Origin: Folioceros fuciformis
Lineage: Eukaryota
NCBI GenBank assembly: GCA_049999805.1
Contig: JBNGIO010006348.1
Coordinates: forward strand, 99,554 to 163,553
DNA length: 64,000 nucleotides
Reading direction: 5' to 3'
The notes beneath the pieces are model-generated. The model was not told the DNA's origin, made no database searches, and saw nothing but the letters and a program-made list of their open reading frames with translations. A program made the translations under genes and the position numbers. Positions within the stretch are counted from its first letter, which is position 1. Every line of letters begins with the position of its first letter. Positions 12,661 through 23,430 of this stretch are shown in pieces.

Positions 12661-15600
12661 TCACTTGTTTCGATCAGCAACTCGGCAAAGCCGCTCTTTC
12701 CATGCGTCCTTGGTCTTCTCTGGCCGTCTGGGGCCTGCAGCTTTGGCTTTGGTAGAGCTTCTCGTGCGAACCCTCTCGATGATTAGTTGCCGGCCTGCAT
12801 GGTCTTCATCGTATCCTACAACCTGAGAGTCTTGTTGGGTATCTTCGAAACGATCATGACTAAACTGTTTCGTAGCAGACTTGACTGTGTCAGACCCTGC
12901 GTTGGCGCTTGTCCTGCACCACAAGATAACTTCAAGTTTTATATCAACAGGCTCTGGTTCGACACAACCGCAAATCTGGTAGCTGACGAAACCAGATGTC
13001 ACCACCTCTGGTAAATAGTCAAACTGCTGAACTTTTTACCTGTGCCAATTTGGCTTGGAACGTTTGAATTCAGATTGGCTTGAGCTGTCATCTCGATTCC
13101 TTCTACTCAAGGGTGTACGCTCAGGAGACAGAAGCTGGATGCACAATTTTGGACGTTAGCGTGACAGCAAACCCATATCGTCCTCACTCCAACAGCCTTG
13201 ATGACAATTAACAATGGAGAAGGCGTGAATACAATACCACGGAGTCAACGTTCATCTTAGTTGAGCCACTGGGTACAACCTGCGATATCGTGCAAACTCA
13301 ACTCGATGCCTTAAAAAATGGAGACGAAAACCGGACTTGGATACGAGATATTTGCAGCTTACTTTGGTAGTCTGTGCCAGGAGACCTTCGATAGCAGCTG
13401 CAACATCTTCAGAAAACTGTCCATCGCCACTGTCCTTCTGAGGTTCACAAGCTCCTGCAGGCTCTGGGTTACCTCCGTCAATAGCTGGCTTGGGAAGTTG
13501 ACAAACTGCTGCTATTTCTGCAACCAATCCATCTGTAACTGGTTTCTTGAATATTGTAACATCTCGGCTAGAGACAACACTCTCTCCATCTGCCTCAGCC
13601 TGTGGATTAGGTGGCACGCAATTAGGTGCATTAGACGGGACTACCGGAGCCTGTGCCTTCAGTTGAGACCTCGTGGAGGCTCTCACGGGAAACCCTTCTC
13701 GAACTGTTTCGGGGGATGTTTTCATTTTCTTCTTCTTTGGGTCATCACATGACCAAGTGGCAGCCAGGACATCCCAAGGATCAAGACCGCCTTCTGCTTG
13801 GTTTTGTCCTTGAGTGAGACGAAATTCACCAGCTTTTGACCTCCTCCTGACTGGAGGAATTTGTTTGCTCCTTGAGCCTCCCTTCTTTCCTGCAGAACTG
13901 AAGGAGATCTCAGTCAGGACACGATATAGTGAAGGGAATGCCTTAGGCAGCCAAAGTACATTCATCACCTTTGGCGCCGATCTCGGCCTCTGTTTGCTGC
14001 GGATCTCCTGCTCTCGGCTCTTTCATGATCGCAGATTTCTCCTGCACCCGGGCAATGGGGACCTCACACGTCGGCGCCATCGCAGGCCCACATTCGATGA
14101 GGGTCGTGACACTCCTCTCATTTTGGTTACCACGAGGTGATTCTTTTCGAACGAGATAATCATCAACGGGCACAATCTTGTTCTGTCACAACCAAGAGAG
14201 TTTAATATTGCAGGCTGTCAAGAATAGGTGGAATCCCATAGTACATGAACAAAATGATAGATGAGAACGGTGAGATCAAATCAAGTACCTGTGAAGCACA
14301 AGCATTCAGCCACTCCTGAGATACAATAGTCATATTATCAAAGAGCGAACCCGTTGCAGCTTCGTACTTCGGGCCCTTGGGTACCTTACATATCAAGTGA
14401 GTGACCTGCCTCACTAGGTCTTCAGAAAATCTACCTCCAAACAGCTTGGTAAGCTGAGCCATCAACTCACGTTCTCTGTCGGTCAGCTGAGAAGGGCAAA
14501 GCACATACTTCTCAAAACCAGTTAAATGGACCAGGTCTTGCAGGGGCCGATATAAGATGTGACTTTCAACATCAATCAATTTGTCATCCTGCAGTTCACA
14601 TCCATCGGATTAATTGAGAGTATCATTTAAGGACAACCGAGGGGTAACAACCAGGACAGGGCCTTGCCACAATTTCATTCCAACCACATACTTTAGCACA
14701 ATGACGAATCCACATATAAGAAACAAGTTCTGCTGGTCCATTGTACAAGCGAGCTTCAGATCTTGACTCGTAGGAGAAAACCACAAAGTTCAGCTTCTGC
14801 AAGAAGATATCCTGTTCCAGACTCCCCCCGCATTGCACGATCAAGTTCATCACTTCAGACGCCTACAAGATTAAGGGCAGATACAGGATCAATTGGACGA
14901 CTGCAAACAATATGATCTCAACCAGCTAAGCCGAGGCTATGTACCTGCTGTGATGGGGCAGGGTCGAGAAAAGCAAAGGTATAGCCTACAAACACACAGC
15001 TGCTTGACCGTTTCGACTTGACAATCTCCCGCTGTGTGGCAGGGACTGTAACAGGTCCACTTGTAAGATGTTTTGGTGGTTGCATAAGATTCTTCCCAAA
15101 TTCTACACATAAGCCTCCAGACTTTGAAGGAGGTGAGACATCGACAGCCGCTGCTTCTCCACCTAGAAGGTGGATTGAAGGTTCACCTCTTGCTGGAGTC
15201 ACTTCCCCCGCACCTCCTGCAAAAGTCCCAATCGATGCAGGGGGTCCATCCGGAGCACTAACATGCTTTTGTGAGTTTCCTGCAAAACATGGATTAAATT
15301 CATAGAGTCGAATGTTAGAACACTCCTGGAATTAGCAAACTTGCAAGTACTCCCTGCTGGCTACCAACATCTGCAGAAAGAAATTGAACTACAGTCAAGT
15401 CGGTAGTACGAGACCTTGTGAGAAACAATTAGGAGGGAGTACGTGGCTCTGTATTGACATCTCCCTTCTATGTTTCGTGCAGTCCAAGAGCCAAGTTCCC
15501 AGGACAACGTGCACTGCACCCCACATGATCCAATTCCTAAGTTCTTGAAAGTTTCTGTACATGTCATGAACGGCCAGGACTTTGTCAGCACATCAAAACA

Positions 15601-17708
15601 GCACACCACGCAGATGAATGGTAGATGGGGATTGGCCCAGGTCTTACGCTTCAGAAGGCTGCCCAACAATGACATGAGTGACCATGTCATTAAATTCGAT
15701 GAACCTTGTTGCTCCTCCCTCCCGAAGCATGCCCACCAGCTTTTTTTCTTCTTCTGGTTGAAAGCCAAGCAAGTGCACCCTACAGGCAGACAGATACAGG
15801 CCACTCCCATCGTATGGGCCAAAAGCCTCAGCAATCCCAACTGGGTCCTGCTGTTCATTGCAGTGAACTACATCGCTTGCTGACTGCAGCCGGACTGCTG
15901 CAGTCTCATCTATAGGTGTCTTTGGCATCTCCGGTTCTGTGCAAACTCCTCCCTGCTGAAGAGACACTACAGTCTGACTTATCGGTGTCTTTGACAGCTC
16001 AAGCGCTGTGCAAGTTGAGGGACAAGGTGGATCCGGTGCCGACACAAGAGCTTTCCCTCGACTAGTATGATCAGGTGCACTGCAGGAAACCGGGAACAAC
16101 ACTTCTTCCAAACAAGCTGCAACAGACAAAAAAAACTCCTCATATGCCACGACGTTGAACTGGCCAGCAAAATGCATTTCAGCAAGACATTGGAGCACCT
16201 GTGGAACATTATACCTTTTGCTTCAATGCTTTGCCAGAACCATTGTTCATTCACCAGGCTCACAGAGCCCCAGACCTTTGCTACCTTGTACTTGTCTCCC
16301 TGCGCGACGTGCTGACTGTCAAGGAAAAGTGCTGAGCGATACGATGTGTAAGAATGCTCCCTCTTATCCATCAGTAGCATCAAATACCTCCCTCTACACG
16401 TAACTCTACCAGCACCTTCAAGTGGAGTATACAGAACAGCTTCATGCAGCCGAGATAGTAGCAACAAATTATGAGGAAAGAAGGATATTTTGGCAATCAA
16501 GTGTGTGCATTCTCTGGTGAGATTCTTTGAAAATTGACCACCATGTGCTACTGTCCTGGATTCAAACTCCTGCCGAATATCTGCACGACAGGCAAGTATG
16601 TCACAGGCATTGTGTTTAGGGGATGCTGGACACATCGAGAGCCTTCCTGAATCAAACAAAAGCGATTTGGCAGACACTATTTCTGTTGACCCACCTACAG
16701 CATAGTGAGTCACGCATATATTGAGCCCAAGGAACGGCTGCAATTTGTAAGGTTCTGCAGGGACAAGACGGTGTTCCTTCGAGCATTGGTAGAGCCAATC
16801 TATGGCAACAACAGGCTTTCTCCATTTCTGGGCACTCTGCACAAATCACCAAGAGCGTTTTCCAGGTTGCAAAGATGAGACGCAAGTCTTAGACAGGTAG
16901 TTGACCACAAGGTCATAGTACTCCACGTGGAAGATGAGCAAGCAGGTCAGTGTCAAACCTTGTACTTTGCAGCAAGCACATTCTTTGCAATCACAAAATC
17001 GATCAGGCTTGGATCATCTTGGATCTCACCACACATGCTCCCAACAAGATGCTCTATTCTCTCCTGCGAAGGCATCAAGCTCCTGTAAGTATTCCAACAT
17101 CCCAGAGCACTAGTGCTAAAGCTAAAAAAATGACCGAAAAGCAAACCACCTTCTCGCCTGAAGCGAAACCTGTCGCAAGTATTCTGACACCCTCCATGCA
17201 TAAACAACAAGTGAACTTTCGGATAGGAAGCGGCCTTCTATCCCTGGCACATCTGAACACACATTCTGGACCTGCGAAGGGACTAGGTCATTGATATCCG
17301 GGAATGTATGTTGTCTAACGTCTTGCCACGAATACACAAGCAAGCTACGAAGACATAGCTTCTAGGCCCATAAAACAAAGTGCTTACTAACGACATTGCA
17401 GCCTTTAGCCTGGACCTCCTCAAACCTCTCCTGCAAAGAATTGCTTGACAGCTTCAGATGACAACTCCAGCCTCGGACATGTCTAAGGTAGTGCACTCTT
17501 AAACAGTAGTGAGGAAGAAAGGGATTCGCATTCATACACCGTCAAAGGAGATGAGAACATGGAAGTCTGTACTGCCGTTGCACGACAGGTCTGAATATAT
17601 ACAAGTATCAGCTCCGCATTCCTTTAACACATCCTGCAAACGGCTGATAACTTCGGCCGGAAGCCATTTCCGAGAAAGGAATACCCTTTGGCCGTGAAAT
17701 ACTGCCAT
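12661..17708 (-). CDS. TOPBP1: Multi-BRCT DNA topoisomerase II-binding protein (TOPBP1/MEI1 orthologue)
   Basis: N-terminus MAVFHGQRVFLSRKWLPAEV...DFHVLIS; then CCLCMEGVRILATGF; several BRCT units (THLIAK, VTHVIVG, VTHLICK..GPKYEAA, W-xx-C motifs); C-terminal motif DSQVVGYDEDHAGRQLIIERVRTRSS as remembered from plant TOPBP1. Many short exons. Confidence 0.9.
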
Positions 17709-18992
17709 AAGCTCTGCCAAAACACAATGAAACAGCCAGTGAGCTGACCACTTCGCAAATTCAAAACTCAGTGCCAGAATACTCGGCTGAGACGAACAAC
17801 CAGTGTAGCAGTGTAGCAGTGTAGCAGAACTCTGAAAGCAATGAATTCAGCACTCCGCCACGGCCGCAGAATCCACATTACAGAATGTCTCACCACTGAT
17901 ATCGCTCCAGATTCGATTACTATGTCAGATTCCATTCACTTCCCCGGCCTCCAGCTATCAGCCCCGAGCTACATTCCGCGCCAGGTAAATGGAAGGAGCT
18001 GGAAGACCGCTCGCACACGCATGCTTACACCTCCTTCTGCGAGGGCGCATTTCCCTTTCCCGGCTTCGAAGTCACAACCTTCGCAGGTTCCCCCCATGCT
18101 TGCTCAACAGCCTGCACTGAGAGGCCCCTCACCCGAGCTTCAGGCGATGCCCAAATTTTTCCATCATGGCCCGCTGTTCGATTTTTCGCTCGGCCCAACA
18201 GTGCAGCTGCGCTTCCCGCGCTCGAGCCGGTGCCTCTCCTTTGAACGATGCGCTTCACTGTCTACCCCGACAATAATAGCAATTTAGGGCTCTGAGTTGA
18301 TCGGACTTGCCTTGACTATCACACTCGTGTGATAGTCCAACACTACGGCACTTTGAACGGCACTATGGTATACAACCAAAACATAAACACATATCATGAA
18401 ACACATAAAAGTAAAATATAGTTGTGAGATTATGGAAAAAGCAGTTTAGCCATTTGTGTCTCATGCCATCGGAGTATTTGACTCGCGAGACTATGGAAGA
18501 ATATCTGATACAACCAAAATAATAAATATATTAAGTACTATCATCTCTAATTTACTATGACTAGAGTGTAATAATGTAGATGATTTGGTTGCATAAGCAC
18601 AATGTGTTTGTACCTTCTCCCACTCTTAGAAAACAAAGCCACACACTTTCCAACCTCTAGATCTCTTCTTAGACTGTGCATGCAAAGAATTTCTAGATGA
18701 ACTCAAATGATTCAATAGTCTCACAACCCTAACCTTGGTGCAAGGCCGTGTCCTAGAGCCTAGCAACCGTTTCTTGAGTTGCCAAAACACAAGCAACCAA
18801 ATAGTCCTTTGTTATCTAATCACAAGCTCACCAAACACCAACATGAGGACCTAGGTTGTTTGTTCAAGTTGCCAAAATGTGGGACAAGAAAATAGTCTTC
18901 ACCACCTGATCACACACTCACCGAACAATAGTTCGATCCTGTTTGAAGACAAATGCTTGAGACTTTGTGGAACTTCTGTTGCTGCTGTCCAA

Positions 18993-19050
18993 AAGCTTGG
19001 ATTATACCCTATTCGATGACTAAGCTTGGATTATACCCTATTCGATGACT
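18993..19050. repeat. Perfect 29-bp tandem duplication
   Basis: aagcttggattataccctattcgatgact occurs twice head to tail. Confidence 0.9.
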
Positions 19051-19149
19051 GATACTCTGTGGAACTTCAGTTGTCAATGTCCACAAAATCGTAGACCAAA
19101 GCTTGAAAGAACATGTGATGGCCAAAATTTGTATCCCGGTAGGCAGCTT

Positions 19150-20034
19150 TCACTTCTTGTTGTTGTCGTTGTCCGGGTCCAGGACAGAAGAAGTGACCAG
19201 TTCCTGGACGAATTTTGCTCGAAGGGGATCGGTGTTAGTCGCTGCAGGGGCCGGCTGCTCCTCCTCCTTCACGTGACAGGCCAGAAGTTCGTCCTCAAGT
19301 AATTCAAAACTGGTTCTAGGTAAGTTCAGATCATGGACAAGCCGGTGCCGAGGGTCCGGCACTATCGAGTCCAATTGTGCCGAGTAGGAGTTCGATTGTG
19401 CCGAGTCGGAGGTCGATTGTGCCGAGCCGGCGTCCGAGTGTACCGAGTCGGAGTCCGACAGTACCGGGTCCGACAGTACCAGCGCCGACTCTACCAGCTC
19501 CGACTCTACCGCGTCCGACTCTGCCAGTTCCGACTGTACCGGGTCCCACTGTTGCAGGGCCGACCGTACCAGGTCCGACTGCACCAGGTACGGCTGTACC
19601 GGGTACGACGGCACCGGGGATGCTGGCAGCGGGGGCGGCGGCATCGGGGACGACTGTACCGGGTGCCCGCCAAATCGCCTGAGGATTCTGCAGTTCAATT
19701 CCTGCATCCCCGCCGGCGTTGCCTCGAGCAGAGTGGCCGTCCTTCCTTCATCTTCCATCCTCTGCGAAACGTGCGGTGGGAGGTCAATGTTCCCACGGCT
19801 CAACAGAGCCACCACCATCTCACCTTGACCACGGAATAACTCCTCCAACTCCGCTAGGGTGAATCCACCTTCGTCCAATATGATGGAGAAAAGGTCTCCT
19901 GAATCATCATCACTTGTTGGGGCTGGGGATGCCCTTCCTTCCAGATCTGGCGGGTATGTGGCTCCACTAGAACTGGCTTCATTGGGTTCAGCAGCATCGA
20001 GATGCATGATGTCCGGGGGTTCTGGTATCCCCAT
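19150..20034 (-). CDS. Hypothetical acidic, Ser/Pro-rich protein with an internal minisatellite and a DLNLP motif
   Basis: Open frame of about 295 codons from ATG 20034. No recognisable domain. The central part is built from 15/21-nt repeats. Confidence 0.4.
   Translation of the reverse strand: MGIPEPPDIMHLDAAEPNEASSSGATYPPDLEGRASPAPTSDDDSGDLFSIILDEGGFTLAELEELFRGQGEMVVALLSRGNIDLPPHVSQRMEDEGRTATLLEATPAGMQELNCRILRRFGGHPVQSSPMPPPPLPASPVPSYPVQPYLVQSDLVRSALQQWDPVQSELAESDAVESELVESALVLSDPVLSDSDSVHSDAGSAQSTSDSAQSNSYSAQLDSIVPDPRHRLVHDLNLPRTSFELLEDELLACHVKEEEQPAPAATNTDPLRAKFVQELVTSSVLDPDNDNNKK
19360..19660. repeat. Degenerate 15-bp/21-bp minisatellite
   Basis: Repeated units such as cgactctaccagctc, cgactgtaccgggtc and cgattgtgccgagtcggaggt. 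Confidence 0.8.
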
Positions 20035-21807
20035 CGGACTGAAGTCCTGAAACACGCTGATATAGTTACCTCCTCACAACTTGGGATTCAATAAGCTTTT
20101 GATTGTGGATCCGGAGCAAACTTTTGAATCCGGTACGAGCCTGTCCCTTGGATCCCTTGCACTTTCTGCAAGGGTAGGAGTAGAGCTTCTGTTGGTTGCA
20201 GGAATTCTTCCACCACCCCTAGCCTTCCTCGTCGACGAACCTGCGATTGTTAGGCTGGGATTTGTTAAACTACCCAGCTATGGCTTCGCGGTCTTCCGAC
20301 ATTGGCTCTTCTTCAACAACTGCGTCCTCCCTTCCTTCAAGCTGCCGAACCCAGCCCCGGGCCCCAGGATGTTCGGAACAGGAATTCTTGAATTGCTTCA
20401 GACAGTTACCGTACCCCTAAGGCTTGCTCTGTCAACCAATTCACCCTGTCTACAACGAGAATGAATGAAATCGGCCTAGGATCGGCCAAGACAACTATTA
20501 ATTCCTTTACCGTGTGGTGTGCACTAATTTCCAGCAAGTTCTATCTAGTACTAAATATGTACATACATAGTCGCCAGGCGCTTTTCCTGAACACTAATAC
20601 TCGGCAACGGATTGTGACAACTCCCTGCAGGCTTCTGGCTTGCAGCGCCTCGGACGTGAAACTTCGCTCTCGCAGATTCCGCTTGAATCGTTTCTCAGCA
20701 TTTGCTCCGTTATAAATTGGGACCTGTGGAGGCACTCTTAATTAAGTGTTGAGTCTCTGTCTCCGAGCTTCTCGATCCAGGAATTGGCCCGTCCTGCGGT
20801 TCAACGAGACGAAAACAGGAGGAGGCCTGAGAGCATGAATTCAAAAGGGCAGCAGCAGGCTAGGGGAGGGACGGATCCGGAGAGCGGGACAGGAGTAGGA
20901 GAGGACAACGTTATCAGATCTTATTCTAGCGTGCAGTGGAGAGGGTGCCGGATCTGCAGGTCAGAAGCAGAGAGGAGAGGAGGGGACTCGAGGTGGGATA
21001 CATGCGGTGCAGTGCTGGTGCAGGACGTGTGATCTATGCAACATGAAAACATCAACATCGAGAAAGCAGCACAGAATCAAGACGACAGGAGTGCGAACTT
21101 TGCTTACAATCTTCGAGCCTAGAGCATCCTGTGAGGTACACCCGCTGGTCGAATGGGACGATCTCAATCAGACATGAACTGCCGTTAGCACTGAACATAA
21201 ACGGTCCAGCCACTTTGCAAGGGAGCTTCTCATGCATGCGGGGAGAAATGCTCTAGGAAGTGCGAGTGGAGTGTGACCGATCAGTCGTAGGAATCGAACC
21301 NNNNNNNNNNNNNNNNNNNNNNNNNNNNNNNNNNNNNNNNNNNNNNNNNNNNNNNNNNNNNNNNNNNNNNNNNNNNNNNNNNNNNNNNNNNNNNNNNNNN
21401 TGCCAGTACGGGCCAGGTTATTCGCTCTGAAGGGACCGTTGGCTTGGCGATCCATCTTTGCAGGGACCTTCCCCGCGTTCCCAGCCTTGAAGCGAGAAAC
21501 AAAATTGGCGTCCCCGTCTTGTCAGGCCTGACGTTTCTGCCAACAGCGGGAAGAGGTTAATCACTTGCGAGCCCGTCTTGTGGCACGAGGATTGGAAAAC
21601 GCAACTCGGGCTCAAGATGATTTGCGACCCAGGATTGGACGGGGCCCAGTCCTCCGAATTGCAAGCGGGGTAACTGCCCACCAATAGCATGCCCGCGGGA
21701 GGCGAGTTTGAAGAGCGCTGGGGGCCTCGGCCTCCTGGCAAGCACTCACAGTCTTTCTGCGGGCGAGCATACCTGAGGGCTTGCAAGCGAGGTCGACACT
21801 GCATACT

Positions 21808-22923
21808 ATGGCGGTAGCGCTGTCTGCTGTGATTGTGGCGGTGTTGGCCCTGTTCGCGGCCAGCAATGTCGCAGGTACGTGGTGACTGGAGATTGTGTGA
21901 GATGGGCTCTGTGTCTGTGAGGCGCACCACCAGCGGCAGGAACTCGGGTGGTGACAGCCCATCGTCTGATGAAGCTCGGAGTGCTCGAACCTGGGATTAA
22001 TTTCGATACCGATCGCACTTGCTTGCAGCCGCAGCGTGGAAGCCGAAGCCGTGTAGCCAGGGGTACTACCCGGGTTGCATCAAGGACGATCCTGTCTTCG
22101 TCGGTAGCGACGGGAAGCCCTTCTACTTCCACGGCCACAAGGATGCCGACTTCTGCATCGTCTCCGACTCCAACCTGCACGTGAATGCCCACTTCATTGG
22201 CCGCCGGGCTGACCACATGTCGCGCGACTTCACATGGGTTCAGTCCCTGGGATTCCTCTTCGGCGGCCACCAGTTCTACGTGGGCGCCAGCAAGGTGAGC
22301 CCACACTAGGACATCCTGACCAGTCTGCACGTTTCTGGACGTAATCGATCAGCACGTTGATAATCTCCGAATCGGTATGGCTGCAGGTTGCCACTTTTGA
22401 CGAGTCCGTGGACTACCTGGTGATGTCCCTGGACGCCTTCCCGATCCTCATCCCGCAGGTGAAGGGCGCCGCCTGGAGCGCGCCCCAGGCCGGCCTGATT
22501 GTCACCAGGTTCCAGGCCTACAACGGGGTTATCATCGAGGTGGGGGACCAGTTCTCGCTCTCCGTGCTGGTAGTGCCCGTCACTGAAGCCGACAACAACC
22601 GCCACGGCTACGGCATCACCCCGGACAACTGCTTCGCCCACTTGGAGCTCAACTTCCAGTTCAAGGCGCTCACGCCGTCCGTGTCTGGGGTGTTGGGCCA
22701 GACCTACGCCCCCGGCTTCCAGCACCAGCAGAAGGAGGCGGGCCAGAACATGCCCGTGCTCACCCAAGAGGCCTCCTTCCTCTCTTCCAACCTCATGTCC
22801 ACCGACTGCAAGGTCGCCAAGTTCCGAGGCCACATCTCCACCGAGGTCAATGTCGCCGATCTCCCTGAGACCACTTGTGCCGGTGGCTCCGGCAGTGGCT
22901 TCGGCTTGGTCTGCCGTCGCTGA
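21808..22923 (+). CDS. Root cap / LEA-related secreted protein (Root_cap domain), copy 1
   Basis: Exons 21808-21874 (signal peptide MAVALSAVIVAVLALFAASNVA), 22029-22294 (DDPVFVGSDG..FYFHGHKDADFCIVSD..HVNAHFIG..RDFTWVQSLG) and 22387-22923 (DNCFAHLELNFQF..VSGVLGQTY..DCKVAKF..LVCRR). Confidence 0.93.
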
Positions 22924-23430
22924 ATTGAACTCAATGCTAGCCCAGCTAGACAGTAGCTCAAATCATTGCAAGTCTAGAGAGTAGTTTTTATTCAATTAAT
23001 CGAGACAGAGGTGAACTTTTCATTGAGTCCCCAAGACGCCCTGAAAGTCTTGTAAAACAGACTAGCTTTTTCAAACTATCACTTTCTCGTCGACTATGAA
23101 GGGGCAAGACAATGCTTACAACACACCGAACTCTAAACTGTGGCCATACCAGTGGATCTGAAGAGCAACTCCGTTTCATCACATTAAACAAATCTGGACA
23201 TAGTCCAAAGAGATGACATCCCTCATACACCTCAGACGTTTGAAAGTGTAGAATGTAACGCCTGTCCAAGTCGCACAATAATATGAAAATTGATTCCATG
23301 TGTACACCTTGACACATGAATGGCATAATCAGAAAACCTGACTACCTATTCAATGATTAACAAATGAGGCAAATGATAGGCTTCCGCTTCTGATACAGCA
23401 TACTCAGGCCTCTAATTAGTGGATACAAGT

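Noticed and set aside
21301-21400. N runs (also 38051-38060)
   Set aside because: Assembly gaps, not biology. True distances across them are unknown.
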